A stretch of DNA of 64,000 nt from Bryobacterales bacterium (GTDB lineage Bacteria; Acidobacteriota; Terriglobia; Bryobacterales; UBA6623), in the NCBI GenBank assembly GCA_963422375.2, contig OY729428.2, positions 1,568,001 through 1,632,000 on the forward strand, in the 5' to 3' direction. Shown here piece by piece: positions 29,082-40,097 of the stretch. Position 1 is the stretch's first letter. Every line of letters starts with the position of its first letter. The position numbers were made by a program, and so were the translations under genes. The notes beneath the pieces were generated by a model, which saw only the letters and a program-made list of their open reading frames with translations, searched no databases and was not told where the DNA came from.

Positions 29082-30344
29082 TCAGCGCCCCCCTCGCTGC
29101 AGCTCCGCCATGGCGTACGGAGCCGTCAATTCGACAAGCCGCCCGTAGTCGCCCTTCTTCGCTGCAACCAGCAGCTCGTCGTCCGTGCCGTCGCGGATCT
29201 CGTGCGGCAGCTTGGCTACGAGGGCCCCGATGTCCGCGCGCAACCCGCTTGTGAGCGCTTCGTCCTGGCGCGCCGCCTCGATATCTCCCAGCAAGTCGGC
29301 AAGGGCCGCGTCCGGGGAGGAGTCCTTGGTGGGCCGCGTGTCGACCACGAGCCGCTCGATCCACGCCTTCTCTTCGCCGAGGCCCTCGGCAGCAGCGCGC
29401 GCCTCGGCCAGCAGCCGCTCTTCGGAGGCCAGAGCCGCGCTGTGGATCTCGGTGCGTCCCGAAATCGCGACCCTGCAGGCCAGCAGGCGCCCGTCGGCTT
29501 GCTCCTCGACGGCCCGCTCGATTCCGTCGCGGATCGCGTCGGACAGGTATTGAATCGAGTGGCAATCCGCGGCGGACACTCGGACGAACGCCCACCGCAC
29601 GGAATCGACTTGAAACGGGGCGACCTCCGCGATGACGCCGTCGTCGACGGTCACGAGCACCGCGCCCTTCGGGCCGGCCTCGCGGATGTGCCGGCCCTGC
29701 AGCACGCCCGAGTAGACGACGTACGGCTCTTCGTGGCGGACGCTGGGCTCGTGAATGTGGCCGAGAGCCCAGTAGTCGTAGCCCATCTTCACGAGCCGGT
29801 CCAGCGAGCACGGAGCGTATTTGGCGTGGCCCTCCTCTCCGGCGAGACCCGTGTGCAGGAGGCCCACGTTCAGTAGGTGCGGCCTTGGTGCCGGGTAGGA
29901 TGCGGCGAGGTTCTCGTACACGTCGCGCTGCCCGAAGCTCTGGCCGTGCAGCGCGACGCCGAGATCCCGGATCTTGCGCGTCTCCGGCCTGCGGGCGGAG
30001 AATACCGTGACATTGTCGGGAAGGGTGAGGCGGCGCGTGATCTGGCTCTCGGCGTCGTGATTCCCGTGGATGACGAAGACCGGGATGCCGGCTTCGCGCA
30101 GGCGGCCCATCTGGCGGACGAAGAAGAGGCCGGTCTGGTAGTCGCGCCAGTCGCCGTCATAGAGGTCGCCCGCGATGATCAGAAAGGACGCCTCCTCGCG
30201 GATCGTCCGGGCCACGAGGGCATCGAATGCCTCGCGCGTGGCGGACCGGATCAGCCTGACGGCGTTGCCTTCCTCTCCTGCCAGGCCCTTGAGCGGGCTG
30301 TCGAGGTGGATGTCGGCGGCGTGTACGAATCGAAAGGTTCGCAT
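29082..30344 (-). CDS. yhaO: YhaO-like Mre11/SbcD metallophosphoesterase nuclease
   Basis: HAADIHLDSP, AGDLYD, GNHD, YWALGHIH and QGRHIRE; directly upstream of yhaN. Confidence 0.92.
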   Translation of the reverse strand: MRTFRFVHAADIHLDSPLKGLAGEEGNAVRLIRSATREAFDALVARTIREEASFLIIAGDLYDGDWRDYQTGLFFVRQMGRLREAGIPVFVIHGNHDAESQITRRLTLPDNVTVFSARRPETRKIRDLGVALHGQSFGQRDVYENLAASYPAPRPHLLNVGLLHTGLAGEEGHAKYAPCSLDRLVKMGYDYWALGHIHEPSVRHEEPYVVYSGVLQGRHIREAGPKGAVLVTVDDGVIAEVAPFQVDSVRWAFVRVSAADCHSIQYLSDAIRDGIERAVEEQADGRLLACRVAISGRTEIHSAALASEERLLAEARAAAEGLGEEKAWIERLVVDTRPTKDSSPDAALADLLGDIEAARQDEALTSGLRADIGALVAKLPHEIRDGTDDELLVAAKKGDYGRLVELTAPYAMAELQRGGR

Positions 30345-31028
30345 TTTCCTCGCCCGGCCATTAAGGCCCGGCGACCGGGCGGAGGGCTGGGTTGCTCAAT
30401 CCGACTCTGCTAGATCCTACTGCCGTCTCGGCGGCAATCCGGACGGCAACCGCGCCAGTTTCGCACGCTTGCCGCCCTGTCGCAACCCGGCTGTCGCGGG
30501 GAGGGCGGCGGGCATCGCATGCGGGCTTGCCGAGAGTCGACTTGGCTGCGAGCCGCTAAGGAGGTGGAAGCGGCTCGTTGCAATGCTGCGGAGATGCAGA
30601 AGGAAGGAGACAGCAGCGCAACCGCAGCCAAGTCCACCAGAGCGTATCACGACCCGGGACGGCGCAGCCGCGCGGTGCCTGCGGGGGAGGGAACTGCGAC
30701 CCTGCTTCGCCATGGGGCCGCTCGATTCGGCCGTCTCGTAGGATCTCCGTTACTTGTTCCACTCCAAGGAGCAGCGGTGGAATTCGCGAGTATACGGGGC
30801 TTGGCCTGAGTCTGGACCAGCCCCGGAGCCCATCTCCCGGCCGCAGGCCGCCTTGGATGGCAGCCGGGTGCGACTGCCGCGCCGCGTCCGCTCTGCTAGG
30901 GCCCGAGTCCGCCCCTCGGAGACAGGCCGGTCTTGCGCCGCTGCGTCGCCTTCCGCGACAGGCCGTGCGGCATCGGGGCAGCGGCAACAGCTCCTCTCCG
31001 GGCCCGCCGGCTGCCTAGGGGCATGGCG

Positions 31029-33338
31029 TCAGAAGATTCGCTCGGCCGGGCGCAGCGTGCCGAAGGAACCGACGTTGGCGATCGCCAGACTGATGCGGAC
31101 TTGGTTGTCGCTGCGGGCGTTGCCGATCGACAGCCTGCGGAGCTCTACGCTGAAGCCGCAGCAGTCCGTGTTGTAGGTCAGTTGGGAGACCGAGTAGAGC
31201 AGGACCCCTTGGCGGTGGTCGAAGACGTTGTGCAGCGAGGCATTCCAGCCGCGCCGGTTGTAGTCGCCGTAGCGGATTCCCGTGAGCAGCTGGTGGCTCG
31301 GCGGGGTGATTGTGCCTGGGACCCGCACGGCGCGGTGGCCCGCCATGATGTAGATCTTGGGGCTCGCCTGCACGCTGGCGTCGGCCATCGTGTTCACGAG
31401 CCTGCCCCGCAGCGGGTCGTAGTCGTTGCGCCAGTGAAGGCTCCAGCGCGGGTTCGGGTGCAGCTTGAGGGACGTCGCGACCGGGGAGTAGTTGCGGGCC
31501 TCGGCGAGGAACGCAAACGAGGAGAAGTCCAGCGTAGACTGCAGCACGTTGCGGCTGCCGGGCACGAGGGCCCCGCCGAACGCGGCCTCGAAGTAGCGTC
31601 GCTGCCAGACCTCGAGGCTGGCCACCTCCCTAGTGGGGCCACGCGGGCTCATTTTGGCGTACAGGCGGTTCGTGACGGCGATCTCTGCCTCGTTGGTGTT
31701 GTGGATCAGGTCCCTGGCGTCGAATCGAATCGCGCGGTCGAAGCCCTCCACGCCTCGCGTGTAGCGGTAGCGCAGGCGCGTCTCGATGACGTGCTTGATG
31801 CGGTCGCCCAGCCATTTCGGACCGCGGAAAACGCGCTCCACGGCCGGGCCCGCGACGTCGACCGCGACCTCTCCCGTCTTGCGGTATAGGTTCTCGCCGA
31901 CGAGGCCCTCGCGGGCGCGTCGCTGTCCGTAGGCGATCGCGCGGGCTCCCAGGGTCGGCGTGACGGTGAAGCCCTTGAGCGAGAAGCGTGTCGAGACGCG
32001 GGGAAAGAACATCGCGCGCGGCACGAAGCGGCGGGTCTGGTAGCTGCGCTGGGTCCGGCTGATCAGGTCCAGGGAGGAGTCGAACGCGAACCACAGCGGG
32101 AAGCGACCGGATCCGACCGGCCTTTCGTGGCTGTTGAACTCGATTCCCGGCAGCTTGCGAATGACGACGTTGTCGTCGCGGGCGATGCTCTGGAAATGCT
32201 CGTTCCTGAGCAGCGATGTGTTGAAGGAAAACGTCGAGAAGTTCCTAGACACGAATCCGATCGAGCGGATTTGCGAGAACACCGCTTCCTCGTAGGTCTG
32301 GGTGAAGGCTTGCCGGAACTCCAGCGAGCTGAGGTAGTGAAGGTCCGCGACGCCGCGCCAGTTCTTGCCGAAGACCGTCTGGCCCTTCATGCTGAACGAA
32401 TTGCCGCCCTGCTTCAGGCGGCTGCCGTCGTCGAGTTCCCGGCCGCGGTCCCGCACGTCGAAGAACACGGCGTCGAAGCTGGAGTACCGGGTGGGCCGCC
32501 CGCGCAGGCTGGCGTTGGTCGCCACGCCCCGCGAGGTGTAGACCGTGGCGCCGATGGTCGCGTCGAAGCTGCGGTTGATGGCCCAGTAGTACGACTGGCC
32601 GAGAATCCGACCGAAGCGCGAGCTGTTGCCCACGGTGGGCGTCAGGAACCCGCTCTGTCGAGGCATCCGCCGGAGCGACTTCCGAAAGTAAGGCACGTAG
32701 AGCAGCGGGAAGCCGCGCAGTCGTAGCACGCCCTTGCGCACGACGGCCGACCGGCCGGGCACGATCTCCGCCCGGGCCGACCGCAATGTCCACCATGGGG
32801 CCGCCGGATCGCAATTCGTAACGCGACCATCGTGGATCGTGTAGTGCTCGCCCGCTTTGTGGACGAGGCGCGCCTCGAATTGAAAGGGATTGTCCGTCGT
32901 GAGGAGCCGGGGGCCGCCCTGACTGGCCGAGGAGGCGCGCCCGCGGGCCTCGTAGAACGTGCCGAGTTCCGAGCGGATGTTGTACGCCATGCGCTCGGCC
33001 CGCAGGTCCTGCTCGCCGTCCAGGGTGCGGAAGTGGACGTTGCCGGTGGCCTCGATCTCGCCGCTGCGCTCGTCGAAACGCAGCTCGTTCGAGGTGAGAA
33101 CGATGTGCTTGTAGCGCAGTTCGACGTCGCCCGAGGCGCTGCGTCGCGGGCCGTCGCGCTGCTGCGAGTCGGCGCGGATCTCGATGGCCGGTCCGCCTGC
33201 AGCGAGCGGCGCCGCCGAGTGCGTCGGCTCGGGGTCACCGACCGCTTGGCCCGCTGCCACGGGGACCCAGCAAATCGCCGCGACAGCGGCGAGCGGCGCG
33301 GGCCGGGCGGTCCGGAGAATCAACACGCAAGGTCGCAT
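31029..33338 (-). CDS. lptD: LPS-assembly protein LptD
   Basis: OstA-like N-terminus (ASGDVELRY, IEATGNV), RQSGFLTP, YYWAINRS, and C-terminal YNTDCCG. Start uncertain (33338 or 33389). Confidence 0.88.
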   Translation of the reverse strand: MRPCVLILRTARPAPLAAVAAICWVPVAAGQAVGDPEPTHSAAPLAAGGPAIEIRADSQQRDGPRRSASGDVELRYKHIVLTSNELRFDERSGEIEATGNVHFRTLDGEQDLRAERMAYNIRSELGTFYEARGRASSASQGGPRLLTTDNPFQFEARLVHKAGEHYTIHDGRVTNCDPAAPWWTLRSARAEIVPGRSAVVRKGVLRLRGFPLLYVPYFRKSLRRMPRQSGFLTPTVGNSSRFGRILGQSYYWAINRSFDATIGATVYTSRGVATNASLRGRPTRYSSFDAVFFDVRDRGRELDDGSRLKQGGNSFSMKGQTVFGKNWRGVADLHYLSSLEFRQAFTQTYEEAVFSQIRSIGFVSRNFSTFSFNTSLLRNEHFQSIARDDNVVIRKLPGIEFNSHERPVGSGRFPLWFAFDSSLDLISRTQRSYQTRRFVPRAMFFPRVSTRFSLKGFTVTPTLGARAIAYGQRRAREGLVGENLYRKTGEVAVDVAGPAVERVFRGPKWLGDRIKHVIETRLRYRYTRGVEGFDRAIRFDARDLIHNTNEAEIAVTNRLYAKMSPRGPTREVASLEVWQRRYFEAAFGGALVPGSRNVLQSTLDFSSFAFLAEARNYSPVATSLKLHPNPRWSLHWRNDYDPLRGRLVNTMADASVQASPKIYIMAGHRAVRVPGTITPPSHQLLTGIRYGDYNRRGWNASLHNVFDHRQGVLLYSVSQLTYNTDCCGFSVELRRLSIGNARSDNQVRISLAIANVGSFGTLRPAERIF

Positions 33339-33630
33339 GTCGCGAAACCGGGCCGCAACGAGGGACGCGAAGCTGCCAGCGGCGACCAAGGCCGTTGCGC
33401 CGGCGTCAAGTGTGCCGCCTCGAATGCGGGTAGGGACGGACCCGACCGAGTCCGACTGCCGCCGGCGGGCCCGGGACGGCGGGCCCCGGCGTAATCGGCA
33501 GAACGGCCCCGTAAGTTCGCTCCGTCTGCGGACCGGTTGCGAGCGAATGATGATCCATGGTCAGCGCTCTGTCGACCGTGCCGCGGTTTCGGCCGGAGTT
33601 TGGCCCGGGCGGTGCCGGAGCGCCTCGAAT

Positions 33631-35415
33631 CTAGAACTCGAAGCCTCCCGACTCGAGCATCCGGCGCGCGATCCGCCCGCGGGCCTTGGGCAGGTCGGCG
33701 GTACGCGCCCGGACCAAGTTGTCGAGGGCCTGAAACGTGGTCCCGATCTCGGACTCCGAGCAGCAGGCGCCTAGGACTAGCCCGCCGTGCGCCCGGACGG
33801 CACTGGTCGTGTCGATCAGAAGAACCGTCAGCAGGTCATCGACCGAGTCGCCGGCGGCGGTTTCGATCAGCCTCTTCCCGCGCAGGAGCGCCGACTCGGC
33901 TGCATAGACGTGCATGAGCATGTCCGCCACTGCGGCGGCGACTTCCTGGTGCTGATCGAGGTCGGCCCCCACCCGCCGGTTCGCCATGCGGATCACGGCT
34001 AGGGCCGCCCGCTTGGCGCGATTGACCAAGTCGGTTTGGTAGGCCAGCGGTATGCGTGCATGGAGAGCCGCCACGTACGCCGGGCGCGGCCTCGACGGCA
34101 CGCCGGAGCCGGCTAGGTCGAGCCTCCCTTGGTCGGCTCGCTTGCAGAGCATGCTCGCTGTCAGCTGCCGGTTGATCTCGTTGGTCCCCTCGAAGATCCG
34201 GTTGATGCGAGAATCGCGGTAGCCGCGCTCGACCGCGTAGTCTTCGTGATAGCCGTAGCCGCCGTGGATCTGCACCGCCTCGTCGGCGATGAAGTCCAGC
34301 GCCTCGGAGAGATAGACCTTCGCGATGGAGCATTCGATAGCGTATTCCTCCACGGCTCGGAGCGCGGTAGTCGAGGCGTCCGGTGACTTCCACGACATAC
34401 CGTCCAGCCGGGCGTCGATCATGCCGGCGGTACGGTAGGTGAGCGCCTCTCCCGCGAACGTCCGGACCGCCATGTCGGCCAGTTTCTTCCGAACCGCGCC
34501 GAATTCCGCGATCAGCTTGCCGAAGGCCTTGCGCTGCTGGGCGTAGCGAACGGACTCGGCGATCAGGTCCTTCGCGCCCCCGACGCAGGACGCCGCCAGT
34601 TCAAGCCGCCCGACGTTCAGGATGTTGAAGGCGATCACGTGGCCGCGGCCGATCTCGCCGAGGACGTTGGCTACCGGGACCATCACGTTGTCGAGGTAGA
34701 GCGCCGTGGTCGAGCTGCCGCGGAGCCCCATCTTGTGCTCCTCCGGCCCGGGCTGCACGCCGCCCCAGCAGCGCTCGACTAGGAACGCGGTGAAGCGCTT
34801 CCCGTCGACCTTCGCGAAGACCGTGAAAAGGTCCGCCCAGCCGCCGTTGGAGATCCACATCTTCTGGCCGTTGAGGACGTAGTGCTTCCCGTCCGGCGTC
34901 AGCTCGGCGCGGGTTCGCGCGGCCAGCGCGTCGCTGCCCGCGTGGGGCTCCGTCAGGCAGTAGGCGGCCAGCATCTCGCCCGACAGCAGCCGCGGGAGGT
35001 ACCGCCGCTTCTGCTCCTCGCTGCCGAAGAAGACCAGCGGCAGGGTGCCGATGCCAGCGTGCGCGGCGTAGGTCGTCGAGAAAGAGGCGTAGGGGCCTAG
35101 GCGCTCGCTCACCAGCATCTGCGTCGCCACGCCCATCTCGAGGCCGTCGTGATGCTCCGGCACCATCACGCCCAACAGGCCCAGTTGCGCGGCCTGCTTC
35201 ATCAGCTGCCTAGCGAGGCCGGGCGTCTGCCGCTCGAGTTCCGGAATCCTCGGTGTCACCTCCTCGGCCATGAACCGGTCTGTGGTGGCTCGGACATGCA
35301 CTTGGGTCTCGCTGTAGTCTTCCGGCGTTAAGACCTCCGAATCTTCGACGTCCTTCAAGAGGAAGCTGGCCCCTTGGGGGGCGGAGAACTTGGAAGTAGC
35401 GGCAAACCGGGCCAT
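33631..35415 (-). CDS. Acyl-CoA dehydrogenase
   Basis: YCLTEPHAGSDA, LNGQKMWISN, EHKMGLRGSST, QIHGGYGY and RINRIFEGTNEINR. Confidence 0.95.
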   Translation of the reverse strand: MARFAATSKFSAPQGASFLLKDVEDSEVLTPEDYSETQVHVRATTDRFMAEEVTPRIPELERQTPGLARQLMKQAAQLGLLGVMVPEHHDGLEMGVATQMLVSERLGPYASFSTTYAAHAGIGTLPLVFFGSEEQKRRYLPRLLSGEMLAAYCLTEPHAGSDALAARTRAELTPDGKHYVLNGQKMWISNGGWADLFTVFAKVDGKRFTAFLVERCWGGVQPGPEEHKMGLRGSSTTALYLDNVMVPVANVLGEIGRGHVIAFNILNVGRLELAASCVGGAKDLIAESVRYAQQRKAFGKLIAEFGAVRKKLADMAVRTFAGEALTYRTAGMIDARLDGMSWKSPDASTTALRAVEEYAIECSIAKVYLSEALDFIADEAVQIHGGYGYHEDYAVERGYRDSRINRIFEGTNEINRQLTASMLCKRADQGRLDLAGSGVPSRPRPAYVAALHARIPLAYQTDLVNRAKRAALAVIRMANRRVGADLDQHQEVAAAVADMLMHVYAAESALLRGKRLIETAAGDSVDDLLTVLLIDTTSAVRAHGGLVLGACCSESEIGTTFQALDNLVRARTADLPKARGRIARRMLESGGFEF

Positions 35416-36240
35416 GGGCAGAGCGACGTTCTTCGCTCGGAGCCTAGCGCTAGCCTCCGAGCTTGCGACCGTGGAAACCGCTCCCCATTTTATGGCCTGT
35501 GCTTGCTGCGCGGCAGCACCTGCGATTCGCGACTCCGGAGGCGCTGCCGTCGGCGCGGCCCGGGGCTTCGAGAGGCTTGCGGCCGCGCTCCGGCCGCTGC
35601 CGTCGGCGGGCCCCTCAGACGGCTAGTCGACGAGGTCTGGGCGAGAGCCCGAGGCACCGTGTTCTGGGAGCGCACTCGAGCCGCAGTTGCTCTGGCAGCG
35701 CCCATGGGCTCCGCGCAGCGCTGTCTAGACTGCCGGGCGACCACGCCAGAGCACTCGAGCCTCCGGACTCGTTCGATGCTTCGGCATCGATCTTCGGGAC
35801 CTTGACCGTGCGCTCCGCCCCGCCGGAAGTCGGCGCATGGGAATCTAGGTCACGAACCGCGATGGCGGAGACGGTCGCAGGATCCGCCGTGCTGCCTTCG
35901 ATTCGAGGCACCCTCGCCCGGCGCAGTCCTGTCGCTAGACGTCCCTACGTCCGAGCCCCTCGCTCCGGAGCGCTCCAAGTCCGGTGGTGCCCGCGGCCGG
36001 GTCAGGCCGAGGAATGATCATGCGAACGCATTGGAGCCGCGGCAGGCAGGCGCATGGACGCTCGAGACTTGGAGCGCAATCATCCCGGGGACTGTGGCCA
36101 GCACGTGGGCGGCCTACGATACCGCCACGCCGATGCCGTTCCTCTCAGCGCCTTCGCGTCGACGCCGCCACGGAGATCGCACTCTTGAGCTGCTTGGCCC
36201 TTCCTTGGCTACTCTTCCTGCTTCGCCCGCCCGCCGGCTG

Positions 36241-37311
36241 TCAGCTTCGGAGCTTCAGGGCGCAAGCCTCCAAGGCGATCTGCTTCTGGATGTTCATCGG
36301 CTGGTAACGCTGCAGATCCGCTAAGAACCCGAGCGCCCTCTCGGTCCAAGCGAAGCTGGATCCCGAAGCGAGATCCGCCAGCTCCGATGCCAGATCGGGA
36401 TGGGTCAGGTCCTCCCGCACGTTGAGATGGTGGCGGAGCAGGTCGCGCAGGAGGGAATGCATCATGGCCGTCAGTTCGTGGATTCCCGCGGAGGGTTGGC
36501 GGGCGACGGCTTCCATCTCTCCGGCCAGGCGGGCGAACTCTCCCTTCGAGAGCGCTGCCTTGAGCAGCGCGAGCACAGCCGTCCGGTTCTTGAGGAAGCG
36601 CTCGATGTCGAGCGCCAGAGCCGTTCCGGGGCTGCCCCTGGACCAGGCTCCGACACGCTCTCGAACATCCTCCGGCACGTCGCGGGATTGCAGGAACGAG
36701 TGCATCTCCGCGCTTGAGAGCGTCGCGAAATAGAACGGGATCGAGCGCGAGCGAATCGTCGCGGGCAGCAGGTACGGATTCTCGGTCGTCAGGACGATGG
36801 TGAGACCGGGGCCCGGTTCCTCCAGCGTCTTCAGCAGGGCGTTGGCAGCTTCGGTGTTCATCCTCTCGGCTTGGTCGAGCACGAAGATCTTCCTGCGGCC
36901 CTCGCACGGCGTGAGGCGAGCCGCGCTGCGCAGGAACCGAGCCTGGTCGATTCCGATGATGCGCATCGGCCCGTCCGGCGGGAATACCAGCACGTCGGGA
37001 TGGGTCGAGACGACCAGCGGCGCCTCGGCTCGCTTCGCCGCTGGGAACTTGCGACGCTCCTCGATCAACTGGCGGCTGGCAGCGTTCGACAGGTCGTTGG
37101 CTAGGATGCGCTGGCACGGCGAGCAGTCACCGCAAGGCGGGCCCGGCCGAGGGGCGCAATTGATCCCTGCAGCTAGGTGGCGTGCCAGCGTCGCCTTGCC
37201 GACGCCGTGCGGCCCGGCGAATAGCATCGTCTGGGGCAGCCGCTCCTCCGCGACCATGCGCCACAGAGAGGCGGCAATTCGTTCGTGCCCGATCAGCTGC
37301 GGGGCCGGCAT
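36241..37311 (-). CDS. holB: DNA polymerase III delta' subunit
   Basis: LFAGPHGVGK, PCGDCSPC, HPDV, AANALLKTLEEP and TIRSR; follows tmk. Confidence 0.92.
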   Translation of the reverse strand: MPAPQLIGHERIAASLWRMVAEERLPQTMLFAGPHGVGKATLARHLAAGINCAPRPGPPCGDCSPCQRILANDLSNAASRQLIEERRKFPAAKRAEAPLVVSTHPDVLVFPPDGPMRIIGIDQARFLRSAARLTPCEGRRKIFVLDQAERMNTEAANALLKTLEEPGPGLTIVLTTENPYLLPATIRSRSIPFYFATLSSAEMHSFLQSRDVPEDVRERVGAWSRGSPGTALALDIERFLKNRTAVLALLKAALSKGEFARLAGEMEAVARQPSAGIHELTAMMHSLLRDLLRHHLNVREDLTHPDLASELADLASGSSFAWTERALGFLADLQRYQPMNIQKQIALEACALKLRS

Positions 37312-37973
37312 GAAGTCGGACGAGGGGCAAGACCGCGCCCTTTGAGGGCCTGCCGAACTAGCCTGAGCACCCTACCTGCGACGGCTAGGGGGGGGCCGCT
37401 CGCGTCGACGCGCTGGACGCGGGCGGGCTCGGTGGCATGCAGTTCGGCGTAGCCGCTGCGAACTCGCGAGAAGAAGGAGAGAGACAGCGCTTCCATGCGG
37501 TTCTCGTCGGCATCCAATCCGTCATTTCGCGATCTTGCCCGCGAGCGGGCGGTCTCGGCATCTAGGTCGAGCCAGAGCGTAAGGTCCGGGCGCAGGCCGT
37601 CGCACGCGACTTTGTCGAGGCGCAGCACCAAGTCCGCTCCCAGCCCGCGCCCGTAGCCTTGGTACGCGACCGTTGCATCGGTGAAGCGATCGCATAGGAC
37701 CACCCTCCCCGCCTCCAATGCAGGCCGGATGACTGCGTCGACATTCTGCGCACGCGATGCGAAGTACAGCAGGAGCTCCGCCCTCGGAGCGATATCGGCG
37801 TTCGCGGAGTCCAGCAGAATACCTCGAATCAGCTGCCCGACACGGGTGCCGCCGGGTTCCCTAGCCAGAATTGGCTCGATTCCAGCGTCGCGCAGGCTTG
37901 CCTCCAGCATCGCGAGCTGCGTGGTCTTGCCGCAGCCGTCAATGCCTTCGAAGCTAATGAAGACACCCCGCAC
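37293..37973 (-). CDS. tmk: Thymidylate kinase
   Basis: FEGIDGCGKTTQ, REPGGT and CDRFTDATVAYQGYGRG. Confidence 0.96.
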   Translation of the reverse strand: MRGVFISFEGIDGCGKTTQLAMLEASLRDAGIEPILAREPGGTRVGQLIRGILLDSANADIAPRAELLLYFASRAQNVDAVIRPALEAGRVVLCDRFTDATVAYQGYGRGLGADLVLRLDKVACDGLRPDLTLWLDLDAETARSRARSRNDGLDADENRMEALSLSFFSRVRSGYAELHATEPARVQRVDASGPPLAVAGRVLRLVRQALKGRGLAPRPTSCRPRS

Positions 37974-38268
37974 TCCTACCAGCGAGTATAGCCGCTGGTT
38001 CCCGGCGCGAACTACGCCTCAAGGGTCCCGGACGGCAATCGCAGACAGTTCGCTTCGTCGCGGTCGTCGCCCGCGTGCAGTGGGAGTGCGCTCTCTGGCC
38101 GGACCCAGCCACAGAGGAGGCTTGGCGGCCACCGGACGCAGGGACAAGGACCGGATTCCATCCCCGAGCCACGGATCCCCGGCTGCTTGGGGCTGGCCGT
38201 CTGCGCATGGGGTCTTGGATACCGGGGCAGTCAGACGAGGCCACAGCGAGAGCCTCTCCCTCACAGCC

Positions 38269-39988
38269 CAGCGATTCTCAATTTGGGCATTTGGGGATTT
38301 CCAGAGTGTCTGAGAAAGGTGTCGAAGGCAGTCTGGCACTTGACTTTTCCTAGCGGAATGTGTGAGCTAGGGTGCATGCCCCATGTCCTGGACCCGCTGC
38401 TGAGCGCCTTCCGCGGGACGGCCGCCGGCCTGCCCGACCGGCGCGACGGTCGCAGCAACAAGCGCTACGAGGTCAGCGACGCCGCCGGTTGCGCCCTGGT
38501 GCGCCCCGGCCTGCTTCTTCACCCGGTGCGAGTCGTTCCTTGCGTTCCAGCGGCGCATGGAGCGGGACGGCTCCCGCTGCAACTGCCGGACCCTGTTCGG
38601 CGCGGGCCGCATCCCCTGCGACAACCGGATCCGCAACTTGCTCGACGATCTCGACCCGGCCGCGTGCGACCCGCTGTTCCGGCCGTGCCTCGCAACCGTG
38701 GCCGCGCAGGGCGCGCTCGAGCCCTTCCAGCGCCTCGACGAGCGCCTGCCGGCGGCTCCGGACGGCGTCCGGTTCCACCGCTCCGACAAGGTGCATTGCC
38801 CGCAGTGCTCGGTGCGGCGCGTCGGCAGCGAGCGCCGGCCGCATCACTTCCAGACCATGGCCGACGGCCACGCCACCGTCCTGCCGCTGATGCCCGAGTT
38901 CGTGTGCCCGCAGCAGGACGCGGCCGCGACCCGCGCCGACATGAGCGAGGACGAGCGCAAGCGGGACTGCGAGCGCAACGCCGCCAAGCGCCGGATCGCC
39001 GCTCGCGGCGCCTGGCTGCAGGCCTGCCGGGCGACGACCTGTCCTGCTGCCAGCCGCTCTGCGAGGCCGCCGCGGCGGCCGGCATGGACTACATCCGGGT
39101 ATGCAAGCCCGGATCCCACAAGCACTTGTACGAGGTGCCGGAGAGCCGGCGGGCGAGCGGCGCGGTGCGCTCGACCGGCTGGCTGCCGCGGCGCGGGAAG
39201 GGCAAGCGCTCCGAGCGGCACCGTTTCCGCCGGACGGCCGCGGTGCCCCTGCGCTAGGGCCGCGACGCCCTGCGGGGCACTTGGATCGAGTACGCCGTGG
39301 AGCGCGACGGCAAGCGCACCTGCGCCAGCAGCTTCTTCGCCAGTCTCGCGGTCACCGCGGACAACCGCGGACAACGCGGAGCGGATCGCGCGCGCCGGCC
39401 GGGCGCGCTGGAAGATCGAGAACGAGGGCTGCAACTGCCTGGCGCGGCACGGCCGCAACTGCAAGCGCAACTTCGGGCACGGCAAGGAAGGGCCGGCCAA
39501 CGTGCCGGCCGTGCCGAACCTGTTCGCCTTCGCGCTCCACGCCGTGCTGCAGTGCGTCTGCGCGCTGCGGCAGCAGTGCCGGCGCCAGCCGGTCACGCGC
39601 CGCGCCCTGTTCCGGGAGCTGCAGGTCGCGCTGCGCTGGTTCCGCTTCCCGGACCGGCCGACGCTGCTGGCGGCAGTGCGCGCCGGACGCGCGCCTCCGG
39701 GCTGCCGGGCGGCCGGGGCCTGGACTCCGCGCGGCCTGGACTCCGCGCAGTTTCGTGCCGGCAGCGTCCGGCGAGCGGCCGGCCGTCAAAGCCGGCTACC
39801 GCCGGAGTGCGTCCGGCCGCGGGCTCGGCACTCGGCGGACCCGCGACGTGGGCCGCGCCACGGCCCTGCCCGCCGTCCGACGCTCCCGCGGGGCGGCCTC
39901 GGGAGCGCGACCTCTCGGTCAACTTACTCACCTCATCCTCCGAAACAACGTTCACGCACCCCCTTGACGGACAAATTTAGAACCGCTG
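38269..39988 (+). mobile_element. ISNCY-type DDE insertion sequence
   Basis: 17-bp imperfect IRs CAGCGATTCTCAATTTG / (rc) CAGCGGTTCTAAATTTG; 9-bp TSD CTCACAGCC (38260-38268, 39989-39997). Confidence 0.9.
38376..39720 (+). pseudogene. ISNCY-type transposase, frameshifted
   Basis: LPDRR..NKRY, SFLAFQRRM, IPCDNRIRNLLD, KRDCERNAAKR, GRARWKIENE and NFGHGK; several frameshifts and a TAG. 3' end approximate. Confidence 0.85.
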
Positions 39989-40097
39989 CTCACAGCCACG
40001 AACTCCGGCACGCTTTCCGTCCCCTTCTGCGCCTTCGACAGCCTCCCCTTTCGCGCACCGTTGCGTGTACTCCTCGAAGATTGAGAACACCATCTCC

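Noticed and set aside
25530..30344. yhaO-yhaN as a novel defence system
   Set aside because: It is a known Mre11/Rad50-like pair with host-like composition and no extra accessory gene other than DUF4126.
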